In this document: one piece after another, positions 1-10,469 of the stretch
How the letters are laid out: every line of letters starts with the position of its first letter
How positions within the stretch are numbered: the stretch's first letter is position 1
NCBI GenBank assembly: GCA_934119955.1
Contig: CAKOSZ010000002.1
Span: 18,505 to 82,504 of the forward strand
Source: an uncultured Bacilli bacterium
GTDB taxonomy: Bacteria > Bacillota_I > Bacilli_A > RF39 > UBA660
Reading direction: 5' to 3'
Length of the DNA: 64,000 nt
Program-made: the position numbers and the translations under genes
The notes under the pieces: generated by a model
The model's input: only the letters and a program-made list of their open reading frames with translations
What the model was told of the DNA's origin: nothing
Database searches by the model: none

Positions 1-103
1 AATGCGATATTTTTAAAGAAGAATAGTTACCATTAATTATTCTTTTTTATCTTGTAAAATTTTTTAAATATGGTACAATAAATTTGTTTATTTGGAGGTG
101 TAT

Positions 104-1831
104 ATGGACTATGAATTAATATCTAAAATTAGAGAAAATACAGATATAGTAGAGTTTATTTCAAAATATATTCCTCTGGTTAAAAAAGGTAAAAATTATT
201 TTGGTTTATGTCCTTTTCATAATGATAATAATCCATCTTTAAGTGTATCAAGAGAAAAACAAATATATAAATGTTTTGTTTGTGGGGAATCTGGTAATGT
301 ATTTAATTTTTTAGAAAAATATGAAAATATATCTTTTTATGAAGCAGTTAAAATAATAGGGGATAGTGTAGGTATTAGTGTTTCAAATAAATTCCAAGTA
401 ACACATGAGGATAAAAATCAAATTTACTATGATATTTATGATATAACTAATAAATTTTTTCAAAATAATCTTTTTTCAAGTGAAGGATCTGAGGCAAGAA
501 AATATTTAGAACAAAGGAAATTAGACTTAGATACAATAAAAGAATTTCAAATAGGCTTATCTCTTAATAAAACTAATTCTTTATATGAATTGTTAGTTAA
601 AAAAGGTTATACAATGGAAGTATTAGAAAAATCAGGTTTAGTAAATTTGAATCATGATGTTTATATAAATAGAATAATATTTCCTCTTATGTCTCCAACT
701 GGTTTAATTAATGGCTTTTCAGGAAGAATTTATCATGGTGAAAATTTAAATAAATATTTAAATACCAGTGAAACACCTATTTTTAAAAAGGGTGAAAATA
801 TCTTTAACTATAAAAGAGCAAAAGAAGAGACTAGGATTAAAAAATATGTTATTTTAATGGAAGGATTCATGGCGGTTATAAGAGCATATACAATAGGAGT
901 TAAAAATTGTATAGCAACTATGGGGACTTCTTTAACCAAAGATCAAATTAATTTAATTAAAAGACTTACTAATACAGTTTATTTATGTTTAGATGGAGAT
1001 AATGCTGGAATTAATGCAACTATTAATAATGGAAAATTATTACTTGATAATAATTTAAATGTTAAAGTTCTTCCATTAAGTGATAACTTAGATCCTGATG
1101 ATTATATCTTGAAATATGGTAAAGAAAAGTTTTATTCACTTCTTGATAATCCGGTTAATTATGAAGATTTTAAAATAAAAGTTTTAAAAAAAGATGTTGA
1201 TTTTAATAGTACGACTGATTTAAGTGATTATATCAATAAGGTTTTAAAAGAAATAAGTTTGGTTGATGATGAAATTAAACGAGAAATAATGTTAAAAAAT
1301 CTTGCTAAGGAAACAAATGTGTGGTATAATACATTGGAAAAAAAATTAAATGAGTTGTTGTCTAAAAAAGAGGTTCCTAAAAAAGTTATTATTGATTTTC
1401 CTAAACGAGCTAAAAAGGATAAATATGAAAAAACTATGCAGACTATAATTTATTATATGTTAACAAGTAAAGAAGTAATTAACATAGTAGATAATAGTAA
1501 TATCTATTTTCCAGTTGATAGTTATAGAATGTTAGCAAGAGAAATAACCGATTATTATTTTAAATATGGAAGTATTAATTTGGCTGATTTTAGTTCTTAT
1601 ATAGAAAATTCAAGTATAAAATCTGTTTTTAAGGAAATAATGGGATTAGATTTAGACATGGATGTTTCAAATACAACTATTTTAGAATACTTAAAGGTAA
1701 TAAATGACTATAATGTGTCTCTTGAAATCAAAAGATTAGAGAATTTAATGAAAGATAAAGTTGATCCGTTAGAGCAGGCTAAAATAGGAGATGAAATTTT
1801 GAAACTTAAAATGGGGAGTGAAAAATCATGA
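104..1831 (+). CDS. dnaG: DNA primase DnaG. The track ORF starts at 92, but GGAGGTG at 94-100 overlaps that ATG, so the ATG at 104 is the likelier start.
   Basis: N-terminal CHC2 zinc finger ([13 protein letters not shown]...CFVCG), Toprim region (ILMEGFMAV...DGDNAG), conserved dnaG-sigA gene order. Confidence 0.88.
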   Translation: MDYELISKIRENTDIVEFISKYIPLVKKGKNYFGLCPFHNDNNPSLSVSREKQIYKCFVCGESGNVFNFLEKYENISFYEAVKIIGDSVGISVSNKFQVTHEDKNQIYYDIYDITNKFFQNNLFSSEGSEARKYLEQRKLDLDTIKEFQIGLSLNKTNSLYELLVKKGYTMEVLEKSGLVNLNHDVYINRIIFPLMSPTGLINGFSGRIYHGENLNKYLNTSETPIFKKGENIFNYKRAKEETRIKKYVILMEGFMAVIRAYTIGVKNCIATMGTSLTKDQINLIKRLTNTVYLCLDGDNAGINATINNGKLLLDNNLNVKVLPLSDNLDPDDYILKYGKEKFYSLLDNPVNYEDFKIKVLKKDVDFNSTTDLSDYINKVLKEISLVDDEIKREIMLKNLAKETNVWYNTLEKKLNELLSKKEVPKKVIIDFPKRAKKDKYEKTMQTIIYYMLTSKEVINIVDNSNIYFPVDSYRMLAREITDYYFKYGSINLADFSSYIENSSIKSVFKEIMGLDLDMDVSNTTILEYLKVINDYNVSLEIKRLENLMKDKVDPLEQAKIGDEILKLKMGSEKS

Positions 1832-2925
1832 TTAATGAAGTTAAATCATTTGATGAAAGAAAAAGTACGCTTGTAGAATTAGGAAAGAAAAAAGGGTATG
1901 TTACTTATGAAGAACTTGCAAATGAATTAAAAGGACTAGATATAGATGCTGATAGTCTAGATGATTTATATAATGTTTTACTTGAAAATAGAATAGATAT
2001 TATATCAGAAGATGAAGAAGTAAGTGAAACAGAAAATATAGTTCTTGAATCTCCTGATAAGATTTTAGAAGATTTAGGAAGTTCCAAAGATATTAAAATA
2101 AGTGATCCAGTTAGGATGTATTTAAAAGAAATAGGACGTATTAATCTTCTTACAAGTGATGAAGAGTTTGAATATGCAAAACTTGCTAATCAAGGTGATG
2201 AACATGCTAAATCAATGCTTGCTGAGTCTAATTTACGTTTAGTAGTCAGTATTGCTAAAAGATATGTAGGACGTGGTATGTTATTTCTTGATTTAATTCA
2301 AGAAGGAAACATTGGTCTTATGAAAGCAGTTGAAAAATTTGATCCAGGAAAAGGTTATAAATTTTCAACTTATGCAACTTGGTGGATTCGTCAAGCAATT
2401 ACTCGTGCAATTGCTGATCAAGCAAGAACTATTAGAATTCCTGTTCATATGGTAGAAACTATTAATAAACTTGCTCGTGTTCAAAGACAATTAACCCAAG
2501 AGTTAAATCGTGAACCAACTGATGAAGAAATTGCTAAAAAACTTGGAGTATCTTTGGATAAAGTACGCGAAGTATATAAAATAAGTCAAGATCCAGTAAG
2601 TCTTGAAACTCCAATTGGAGAAGAAGATGACTCACATTTAGGAGATTTTATTAAAGATGAAAGAACTATGTCACCAGAAGAATATGCAACTGTTGGTATG
2701 TTAAAAGAAGAATTATCAGGAGTATTATTAACTTTAACAGAAAGGGAAGAAAAAGTATTACGTCTTCGCTTTGGTCTTGATGATGGACAATGTAGAACCT
2801 TAGAAGAAGTTGGACAAATTTTTAATGTTACGAGAGAAAGAATTCGTCAAATTGAAGCCAAAGCATTAAGAAAACTAAGACATCCATCACGTAGTCGTAA
2901 ACTAAAAGACTTCTTAACTGACTAA
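1828..2925 (+). CDS. sigA: Primary RNA polymerase sigma-70 factor RpoD/SigA.
   Basis: Region 2 ([37 protein letters not shown]), region 3 and region 4 ([30 protein letters not shown]) are all recognisable. Its start overlaps the dnaG stop. Confidence 0.93.
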   Translation: MINEVKSFDERKSTLVELGKKKGYVTYEELANELKGLDIDADSLDDLYNVLLENRIDIISEDEEVSETENIVLESPDKILEDLGSSKDIKISDPVRMYLKEIGRINLLTSDEEFEYAKLANQGDEHAKSMLAESNLRLVVSIAKRYVGRGMLFLDLIQEGNIGLMKAVEKFDPGKGYKFSTYATWWIRQAITRAIADQARTIRIPVHMVETINKLARVQRQLTQELNREPTDEEIAKKLGVSLDKVREVYKISQDPVSLETPIGEEDDSHLGDFIKDERTMSPEEYATVGMLKEELSGVLLTLTEREEKVLRLRFGLDDGQCRTLEEVGQIFNVTRERIRQIEAKALRKLRHPSRSRKLKDFLTD

Positions 2926-3578
2926 TGAAACTATCAAAAAGGCTACTAACAGTAGCCTCTTTTGTTCCAGATAATTCGAATTTAATAGATGTAGGGTGTG
3001 ATCATGCCTTACTAGATATTTATTTAATGAAAAATTTAAAAAATATTAAAATACTTGCAACTGATATAAACGAAAATCCCTTAAAAATAGCAAGAAACAA
3101 TATAGAAAAATATAATTTACAAGATAAAATTGAATTAAAACAAATGAATGGAATAGAAAATATCCCATCCTTTATTGATACAATTGTAATCTCAGGTATG
3201 GGTGGAATATTAATAACAGATATATTAAAAAAAGAAAAACTTAAAAATGTTAAAACAATTATTCTTGCACCTAATAATGAATTTACAAAAGTTAGACGTC
3301 ATTTAAAAAAAATAAACTTTTATATAGAAAAAGAACAACTTATAATTGATGATAAAAAAACATATTTAATTTTATTACTTAAAAAAGGCAAAAGAGAAAC
3401 TAATCCTTATTTTGGAACTTTAAAAAATAATAATTTAGAAACAATTTATTATTATACCAATATTTTAAATACTAATTTAAAAATACTTAAAAATTTACCA
3501 AGAAAGTATCTTTTTAAAAGAATAAAATTAAAATTAGAAAGTAAAAAAATAAAGAGATTTTTAAATAAAACTACTTGA
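2925..3578 (+). CDS. trmK: SAM-dependent tRNA (adenine22-N1)-methyltransferase, TrmK/YqfN-like.
   Basis: N-terminal SKRLLTVASFV...DVGCDHALLDIYL resembles TrmK, and the gene sits directly downstream of sigA as in Bacillus (yqfN). Confidence 0.6.
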   Translation: MKLSKRLLTVASFVPDNSNLIDVGCDHALLDIYLMKNLKNIKILATDINENPLKIARNNIEKYNLQDKIELKQMNGIENIPSFIDTIVISGMGGILITDILKKEKLKNVKTIILAPNNEFTKVRRHLKKINFYIEKEQLIIDDKKTYLILLLKKGKRETNPYFGTLKNNNLETIYYYTNILNTNLKILKNLPRKYLFKRIKLKLESKKIKRFLNKTT

Positions 3579-3600
3579 TTACCTAGTAGTTTTTTTGTAT
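3565..3600 (+). terminator. Rho-independent terminator overlapping the trmK stop.
   Basis: aaaactact / agtagtttt stem followed by a T-run. Confidence 0.55.
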
Positions 3601-3624
3601 AATTTATATATATTAGGAGGTTAT

Positions 3625-5187
3625 ATGATAATTAGAAAACCTTATGCCTTTTTAATTAAATATTTTAAAATTATTCATATAATAGTATTTATATTATTAA
3701 CTTTTTCTTTATTTAAGTTAAGAAATATTTACTTGTTTTTTAGAAATTATTTAATAAATGGGGCTTATTTATATACAGATAATATGGCAAGTAGTTATGT
3801 TGGTATTTTGTTTATAATAATAATAATCTTTTTAATTGGTATATTTTTAAGTATTTTTCTTTTAATGAAACAAAAGAAAAAGCCAATCATTTATTATGTT
3901 TTAGCCTTAGTTTATTCAGGTATTTGTTTTATATCTTCATTTGTTTTTATGAGTGCTTTTACATCTCTTGAATATAATACTTTTTCTAATCAATCCTTAG
4001 TATTATTAAGAGATTTGGCAATGATTCTTTATTATAGTGATTATTTATTAATTATTGTTGCCTTTGTTCGTGGTTTTGGTTTTAATATTAAAAAATTTAA
4101 CTTTGAACGTGATTTAAAAGACTTAAATATAACTGATAGTGATAGAGAAGAAATAGAAATAAATTCTTCAATTGACTATGAAAAAATAACAAATTCTTTA
4201 AGAAGAAGCAAAAGAAATTTTTCTTATTATATAAAGGAAAATTCTTATATATTAACAGTTTTCTTAGTAATTACTTTATTAATTATAACGTCAATTCTAG
4301 CAGTTAATAAATTAGTTTATAATAAAGTATACAGAGAAAATCAAGAAATTGTTATTGATAAAGCCAATTTAATTATTAATAATTCGTATTTAACAGATTT
4401 AGATTATAAAGGTAATCTTATTAAAAATAATAAAAAATATGTGATAGTTGATTTTAATATTTATAACCATTACGAAAAGGGAATAAAATTAGATTATTCT
4501 AATATGAAATTAAAGATTGATAATACTTATTATTATGCTAAAAATACTAATGTATTTAGTGATCTTGGTACAGTTTATAAGGGACAAAATATAAAAGCAA
4601 ATACTAATAATAATTATATTTTTGTCTTTGAACTTGCTAAAAATATAAATGTAGAAAATTGTTATTTTGAGTTTTATATTGGATCAAATACTAGTAATGG
4701 TGAGGTTAAGCAAATTGTTAAGAATATTAAAATTAATCCAACTACCTTTTCTTCAAAAGATTTAGGTAAATTTGAATTTAATTCTTTGGTTGAAATAAAC
4801 AATAATTTTATTAAATCTTCTAAATTCAATATAAGTAATGTTACAGTTTTAGATATAGATAATTATAAATATACTAAATGTGGAATAAATGAAAGTGAAT
4901 GCACAGATTATGAGGCAAGTATTTTACCAAGTGTAGGTAAATTATTACTTAAAATTGAGTATTCATATACTGGTAATAATGATTTATTTAAATATGTAAG
5001 TATAAAATATAAAAAGAATAATAAAACATATAAACTTACAAATATCGATAATGTTACTCCTAGTAACTATCCAAGAGAAGATGTTGTTTATCTTGATGTA
5101 CCAAATAGTTTTAAAGAAAGTGACTCTTTAATAATATCTTTTGATGTAAGAGGTACAACTTTTGAATACAATGTTAATAAAATATAG
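3625..5187 (+). CDS. Polytopic membrane protein with about 5 TM helices and a large extracytoplasmic Asn/Lys-rich C-terminal domain; function unknown. The likely start is the ATG at 3625, after AGGAGG.
   Basis: Hydrophobic segments in the first ~230 aa, then a ~300 aa polar domain. RBS aggagg at 3614-3619. Its 3-prime end is included in the tandem duplication described below. Confidence 0.5.
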   Translation: MIIRKPYAFLIKYFKIIHIIVFILLTFSLFKLRNIYLFFRNYLINGAYLYTDNMASSYVGILFIIIIIFLIGIFLSIFLLMKQKKKPIIYYVLALVYSGICFISSFVFMSAFTSLEYNTFSNQSLVLLRDLAMILYYSDYLLIIVAFVRGFGFNIKKFNFERDLKDLNITDSDREEIEINSSIDYEKITNSLRRSKRNFSYYIKENSYILTVFLVITLLIITSILAVNKLVYNKVYRENQEIVIDKANLIINNSYLTDLDYKGNLIKNNKKYVIVDFNIYNHYEKGIKLDYSNMKLKIDNTYYYAKNTNVFSDLGTVYKGQNIKANTNNNYIFVFELAKNINVENCYFEFYIGSNTSNGEVKQIVKNIKINPTTFSSKDLGKFEFNSLVEINNNFIKSSKFNISNVTVLDIDNYKYTKCGINESECTDYEASILPSVGKLLLKIEYSYTGNNDLFKYVSIKYKKNNKTYKLTNIDNVTPSNYPREDVVYLDVPNSFKESDSLIISFDVRGTTFEYNVNKI

Positions 5188-5890
5188 GTGAGTTATGAAA
5201 AATAAAAAAGGATTTGTATTACTAGAAACTTTGGTAGTAACTATATTTACTTTAATAATATTTACTCTTTTATACACATCAACTGTTCCACTTCTTGGTA
5301 AGTATAAAGATTTATCTTATTATAATGATATAGATATTACTTATGATTTATATTATTTAAAAAGATTAATAAAAAATGATAGTAAATATAATGATATTAA
5401 TAATAGTAGTTATCAAAGTATTAAATGTACTGATTTAGAGGATGCTAATACATGTAATAGTTACTTTGATGCTTTAAATATTAAGAAAAATGATGAACTA
5501 GTTTACTTAGATTTAAAAGAACTTAGTGCAAATAAAAAATATTTATCAAGTGATATACTTGATTATGTAAATAGAATTGATAAAAAATATAATAATTCTA
5601 AAATACTTATACTTAAAAGAAATGACTATATATCTTTTGTTAAATGGTTTGAACCAACTGAACCAACTATTGTTTTTGAAAACATAGGTGAAACTAATTC
5701 ATGTGGTTATAAAGATAGTGCAACTGTTAAAATTACTTGTAATTCTCCTGATGGATTTAAATCATTAAAAATAAACAATGAAGAAATTACTGATTTAGAA
5801 AATTTAAAAAGTAAAACTATCGAAAAAACAATTTCATCTTCAACTAGTTTTCAAGTAACTTGTACATCTAAATATGATTTAACTAATAGT
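5109..5890 (+). repeat. Tandem duplication unit 1, covering the 3-prime end of the upstream membrane-protein gene, the RBS and the 5-prime ~700 nt of the pilin-like gene.
   Basis: Near-identical DNA to 6267..7048 at an offset of 1158 bp, with mosaic identity. Confidence 0.8.
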
Positions 5891-6145
5891 GATAGTGGTG
5901 AATCACATGATTACACAGTTTGTGAGAAAGAAACAACTTGTACAAAGTATAATTGTACTTGTACATGTAAATATATAGTGTCAGCGGGATTACCATGCAG
6001 CGAAACAAAAAAAAGTACAACTGGTTCTTCTTGTAATAGTGCGTGTAGTAGTAAATGTACTAGTTCTCTTGGTTCTTCTTATTGTGGATATAGATATAAT
6101 ACAGGAACTTGTTCTTCAAGTACATCAAAATGGGTTAAAAAATAA
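5195..6145 (+). CDS. Prepilin-type (class III signal peptide) protein with a Cys/Ser/Thr-rich C-terminal tail, paralog 1.
   Basis: N-terminus MKNKKG|FVLLETLVV fits a type IV prepilin cleavage/methylation motif (G at -1, F at +1, E at +5, hydrophobic helix). The C-terminal ~90 aa carries many Cys in CTCTC-like clusters and ends WVKK. Confidence 0.55.
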   Translation: MKNKKGFVLLETLVVTIFTLIIFTLLYTSTVPLLGKYKDLSYYNDIDITYDLYYLKRLIKNDSKYNDINNSSYQSIKCTDLEDANTCNSYFDALNIKKNDELVYLDLKELSANKKYLSSDILDYVNRIDKKYNNSKILILKRNDYISFVKWFEPTEPTIVFENIGETNSCGYKDSATVKITCNSPDGFKSLKINNEEITDLENLKSKTIEKTISSSTSFQVTCTSKYDLTNSDSGESHDYTVCEKETTCTKYNCTCTCKYIVSAGLPCSETKKSTTGSSCNSACSSKCTSSLGSSYCGYRYNTGTCSSSTSKWVKK

Positions 6146-6266
6146 TGAGTAAGAGTCTTGTTTGGTAGGCTTTTCTGTTATAATTAATTAAATTAGAAGA
6201 TTATTATGTATTTAAAAAATAGAAATAACAGGTTTTAAATTATTATTTATTATAAGTACTTAATAG

Positions 6267-7048
6267 GTTTAAAGAAAGTGATGCTTTAATAATATCTTTT
6301 GATGTAAGAGGTGCAACTTTTGAATACAATGTTAATAAAATATAGGTGAGTTATGAAAAATAAAAAAGGATTTGTATTACTAGAAACTTTGGTAGTAACT
6401 ATATTTACTTTAATAATATTTACTCTTTTATACACATCAACTGTTCCACTTCTTGGTAAGTATAAAGATTTATCTTATTATAATGATATAGATATTACTT
6501 ATGATTTATATTATTTAAAAAGATTAATAAAAAATGATAGTAAATATAATGATATTAATAATAGTAGTTATCAAAGTATTAAATGTACTGATTTAGAGGA
6601 TGCTAATACATGTAATAGTTACTTTGATGCTTTAAATATTAAGAAAAATGATGAACTAGTTTACTTAGATTTAAAAGAACTTAATGCAAATAAAAAATAT
6701 TTATCAAGTGATATACTTGATTATGTAAATAGAATTGATAAAAAATATGATAATTCTAAAATACTTATACTTAAAAGAAATGACTATATATCTTTTGTTA
6801 AATGGTTTGAACCAACTGAACCAGTAATCAAGTTCGATAGTCCAGAAACTTCTAATACATGTGGCTATGAAAATGAAGTAACAATTAAAATTACTTGTAA
6901 TTCCCCTGATGGAATTAAATCATTTAAAATAAATAATGAAGAAATTACTGATTTAGAAAATTTAAAAAGTAAAACTATTGAAAAAACAATTTCATCTTCA
7001 ACTAGTTTTCAAGTAACTTGTACATCTAAATATGATTTAACTGAAAAT
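6267..7048 (+). repeat. Tandem duplication unit 2. It includes an orphan copy of the last ~80 nt of the 3595..5187 gene (FKESDALIISFDVRGATFEYNVNKI*).
   Basis: Direct sequence comparison with 5109..5890. Confidence 0.8.
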
Positions 7049-7417
7049 AATAATAGTGATGAATTTGCAGTTTGTGAATATAAAAGTACAGGTACATGTA
7101 TAGAATATAATTCGTGTCCAGATTCATCGTGTGGTTGTAAATCTTATAAATGCAGTGGATCATCTTGTGGTTATACTTATGGAAGTTGGGAAACGGGAAT
7201 TTGTAAAGATAGTAATCAAAGTAATACATCTTCAACAGAATGGAGTTGCAAGGTAACATATGAATATGATGTTTGCAATGCAACAAAAGCATATATATGT
7301 AAAAAAAGAAGTAGAACGGCAAAATGTTGTTCAAGTGCAGGATGCAAAACATATAAATCATGTCCTAATTCAACTTGTACTTGCAAAACTTATGAGCAAG
7401 CGTGGATTAAAAAATAG
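6353..7417 (+). CDS. Prepilin-type protein with a Cys-rich C-terminal tail, paralog 2.
   Basis: The first ~150 aa are nearly identical to 5195..6145. A divergent block follows, then a re-converged block (KINNEEITDLENLKSKTIEKTISSSTSFQVTCTSKYDLT), then a different Cys-rich tail ending WIKK. Confidence 0.55.
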   Translation: MKNKKGFVLLETLVVTIFTLIIFTLLYTSTVPLLGKYKDLSYYNDIDITYDLYYLKRLIKNDSKYNDINNSSYQSIKCTDLEDANTCNSYFDALNIKKNDELVYLDLKELNANKKYLSSDILDYVNRIDKKYDNSKILILKRNDYISFVKWFEPTEPVIKFDSPETSNTCGYENEVTIKITCNSPDGIKSFKINNEEITDLENLKSKTIEKTISSSTSFQVTCTSKYDLTENNNSDEFAVCEYKSTGTCIEYNSCPDSSCGCKSYKCSGSSCGYTYGSWETGICKDSNQSNTSSTEWSCKVTYEYDVCNATKAYICKKRSRTAKCCSSAGCKTYKSCPNSTCTCKTYEQAWIKK

Positions 7418-7420
7418 AAT

Positions 7421-7450
7421 AAAAGCCTTGTTTAATAGGCTTTTTTTTGT
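7421..7450 (+). terminator. Rho-independent terminator after pilin-like paralog 2. A weaker related hairpin follows paralog 1 at about 6150-6178.
   Basis: aagcct-tgtttaat-aggctt followed by tttttttt. Confidence 0.6.
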
Positions 7451-7478
7451 TATACTTATCTAGGTTAGAAGGTGTGTT

Positions 7479-10397
7479 ATGTATTTAAAAGAAATAGAAA
7501 TATCTGGTTTTAAATCATTTGCTGATAAAATAGATATTAATTTAGATAATGAAATAACCTGTATTGTAGGACCTAATGGATCTGGGAAAAGTAATATTGT
7601 AGATGCTATTCGTTTTGTTTTAGGTGAACAATCAGTTAAATCACTTCGAGGGGAATCTTTAATGAGTGATGTAATATTTTCAGGATCTAAAAATCGTCAG
7701 GGAATGCATGCAGCAAGTGTTAATTTAACTTTTGATAATACAGATAATTACTTGAAAATACCTTATAAAACAGTATCTGTTAAAAGAAGATTATATAAAA
7801 CAGGTGATAATGAATATTTTTTAAATGGAGAAAAATGTCGTTTAAAAGATATAGTAGATTTATTTCTCGATAGTGGCATGGGAAGAGATTCTTTCAATAT
7901 AATTAATCAAGGTGATATATCTAAACTATTATCAAATTCATCTTATGATAGACGTCTTGTAATAGAAGAAGCAGCCGGTATTTTAAAATATAAAAAAAGA
8001 AGAGAAGAAGCATTTAGAAAACTTGATAAAACTAATTTAAATCTTGATAGAGTAAATGATATTATTACAGAAGTAGAAGCAAGAGTAACTCCTCTTAAAG
8101 AACAAAGTGAAAAAGCAAGTCTTTATCTTGGCTTAAAAGAAAAACTTAAAAATGTAGAAGTAGGAGTATTAGTAACTTCAATTACTAATAGAAATCAAGA
8201 ATATTTAACCAGTAAAGAAAAAATAAATGAACTAAACACGGATATTATTTCATTAAGTAAAAAAGTAAATGATCCTGAAATAGATGAACTTAAAATAAAG
8301 TCTCTTAATTTAGAAAAAGATTTACAAAAAATTAATCAAGATTTATTAAACATAACTACATTAAAAGAAGAAATAAATGGAAAAAGATTACTTTTAAAAG
8401 AAAGAATAAAACTTAATGCTAATGATATAAAACAAGAAGAAAAATTAAGCTTTTTAACAGAAAATAAGTTTAAATTAGAAAAAGAAATTAATTTAACTGA
8501 AATTGATTTAAAAACTAAACAAGAAGAAAAAAGTGTTTTAGAAACTAATTTAAATAATAGTTTAAATAATTTAACTGCTTTAAAAGAAAAGGTAAGTTTT
8601 TTAAATAAAGAAATTAATAATAAAAGAAATGATTATGAAGTTTTGTTAAATAAAATAGATATTTTAAAAAGTAATATAACAGATAATATGTATTTAAATA
8701 GTAATGTTAAAAAAATACTTGATAATAAAAACTTAACTGGTATAAATGATGCTTTGCTAAATTTAATTAAAACAAGTGATATGTATAAAACTTGTTTTGA
8801 GGTTTTAACTCTTAGTAATAAGAACTTTATAATAATTGATACTAGTAATGATTCTAAAAATATAATTGATTATTTAAAACAAAATAATTTAGGAAGAGTT
8901 ACCTTTTTACCACGTGATGTTATAAAAAGCAAATATGTAGATTTAGATACAGCAAGAATTTTAACTGATAAAAAAGGTTATTTAGGTATTTTTAGTGATT
9001 TTTTAGAGTATGATTTAAAATATAAAAATATTGTTTTAAATCAATTTGGAAATATTTTGGTTGTTGATACCTTAGAAAATGCTAATAATATAAGTAAATT
9101 AATTAATAATAAATATAAAATAGTAACACTTGATGGAGAAGTTATTCATGTAGGAGGAAGTATAACAGGTGGTTCTTTAAATAATAGAACTATTACTAAA
9201 ACTAAGCAGGAATTAACTGATTTAGAAATAAAAAAGACAACTGATAAAAATATAATAGATAGATTATTAGAAGAAAATAATAATAATTTAGATGATATTT
9301 CTAAACTAGAACAATCTATTTATAAGGATAGAACAGATTTAATTATTAAAATAGAAAGTATTAAAAATTTAGAAAGTAAAGTTGATAATTTAAAGAAAGA
9401 ATTAGATAGTACTTGTTTAGAATTAAAATCTTATAATAATGATAGTGATTTAGAACTTAATGAGTTAAATACTAATTATTATAATAAAACTTTGGAATAT
9501 GAATTACTTTTAAAAGAAAAAGATAAAATTAGTTTAGAAAAAGACAAAATTGGAGAAATTATACTGGAAAAAGAAGGTATTTATAAAGAAAATAATCTTA
9601 ATTTAAAAGTTAAAGAAAAGGAATTAAAAGATCTTGAAATCTTAGTTAGTAAATTAGAAAATATGCTTGATAATGACTTAAATACTTTAAATCAAGAGTA
9701 TAGTTTAACTTATGAAAGAGCAAGAGATGAATATGAATTAGAATTTAATCTTGATGATGCTAAAACTATGGTTTTAGAGTATAAAAATAAATTAAAAAGT
9801 ATTGGTAATGTTAACTTAGATAGTATTGCAGAATATAAAGAAGTTAAAGAAAGATATGATTTTTTATCTAATGAAAGAAATGATTTAGTTAAGGCTAAGG
9901 ATATGTTATATTCTTTAATTAGTGAAATGGATGATGTTATGCAAAGTGATTTTTTAAGTACTTTTAAAGAGTTAGAAGTAGAGTTTAAAAAAGTATTTAG
10001 AGAATTATTTAAAGGAGGAGATGCTTCTTTAAAATTAACTGATCCAAGTAATTTAATGGAAACAGGAGTTGATATAATTGCAAGTCCACCGGGGAAAAAC
10101 TTAAAAACAATTACTCTTTTATCAGGTGGAGAAAAAACTTTAACAGCAATTAGTTTATTATTTGCAATTTTAAATATTCGTAAAGTTCCTTTTTGTATTT
10201 TTGATGAAGTTGAAGCGGCTCTTGATGAAGCAAATGTTGATAATTTTGGTTCATACTTACATTCTTATAAAGATAAAACTCAATTTTTATTAATTACTCA
10301 TAAAAAAAGAACAATGGAGTATGCTAAAACTTTATATGGTATTACAATGCAAGAATCAGGAGTATCTAAACTTGTAAGTGTTAAATTGGATAAATAA
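7479..10397 (+). CDS. smc: Chromosome segregation ATPase SMC. At 972 aa it is short, in the Mollicute/Erysipelotrichia size range.
   Basis: Walker A (GPNGSGKSN), long coiled coils, hinge (LTGINDAL...VVDTLENA), ABC signature LSGGEKTLTAISLLFAI, and D-loop FCIFDEVEAALD. Confidence 0.85.
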   Translation: MYLKEIEISGFKSFADKIDINLDNEITCIVGPNGSGKSNIVDAIRFVLGEQSVKSLRGESLMSDVIFSGSKNRQGMHAASVNLTFDNTDNYLKIPYKTVSVKRRLYKTGDNEYFLNGEKCRLKDIVDLFLDSGMGRDSFNIINQGDISKLLSNSSYDRRLVIEEAAGILKYKKRREEAFRKLDKTNLNLDRVNDIITEVEARVTPLKEQSEKASLYLGLKEKLKNVEVGVLVTSITNRNQEYLTSKEKINELNTDIISLSKKVNDPEIDELKIKSLNLEKDLQKINQDLLNITTLKEEINGKRLLLKERIKLNANDIKQEEKLSFLTENKFKLEKEINLTEIDLKTKQEEKSVLETNLNNSLNNLTALKEKVSFLNKEINNKRNDYEVLLNKIDILKSNITDNMYLNSNVKKILDNKNLTGINDALLNLIKTSDMYKTCFEVLTLSNKNFIIIDTSNDSKNIIDYLKQNNLGRVTFLPRDVIKSKYVDLDTARILTDKKGYLGIFSDFLEYDLKYKNIVLNQFGNILVVDTLENANNISKLINNKYKIVTLDGEVIHVGGSITGGSLNNRTITKTKQELTDLEIKKTTDKNIIDRLLEENNNNLDDISKLEQSIYKDRTDLIIKIESIKNLESKVDNLKKELDSTCLELKSYNNDSDLELNELNTNYYNKTLEYELLLKEKDKISLEKDKIGEIILEKEGIYKENNLNLKVKEKELKDLEILVSKLENMLDNDLNTLNQEYSLTYERARDEYELEFNLDDAKTMVLEYKNKLKSIGNVNLDSIAEYKEVKERYDFLSNERNDLVKAKDMLYSLISEMDDVMQSDFLSTFKELEVEFKKVFRELFKGGDASLKLTDPSNLMETGVDIIASPPGKNLKTITLLSGGEKTLTAISLLFAILNIRKVPFCIFDEVEAALDEANVDNFGSYLHSYKDKTQFLLITHKKRTMEYAKTLYGITMQESGVSKLVSVKLDK

Positions 10398-10469
10398 TAT
10401 TATGTTAAATAGAATTTATTTATAATTTTAAGAAAATAGACTTGAATAAAAGTTTTGAAAATGAAATAA

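Noticed and set aside
92-103. 5-prime extensions proposed by the ORF track (dnaG at 92, tig at 10955, amidotransferase at 12251, exporter GTG at 14560, rpsU at 17577, rmlA at 25389, sigG at 61480, DUF3048 TTG at 53539).
   Set aside because: In each case a Shine-Dalgarno sequence lies inside the extension and properly spaced before a downstream ATG or GTG. The conserved family N-termini begin at the downstream start.
1905-2087. Minus-strand ORFs embedded in plus-strand genes (1905..2087, 7026..7361, 11617..11844, 15279..15491, 16582..16860, 24382..24579, 29301..29492, 29780..29968, 30356..30646, 37561..37782, 38368..38691, 39029..39220, 43782..43994, 45213..45422, 49857..50045, 60760..61059, 62297..62488).
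   Set aside because: All lie antisense to, or nested inside, well-supported genes. They have low-complexity AT-rich translations, no RBS and no recognisable motifs. These are chance frames.
7260-7463. 67-aa plus-strand ORF overlapping the 3-prime end of pilin-like paralog 2 in another frame.
   Set aside because: Alternative frame of a coding region, with no RBS and a low-complexity product.
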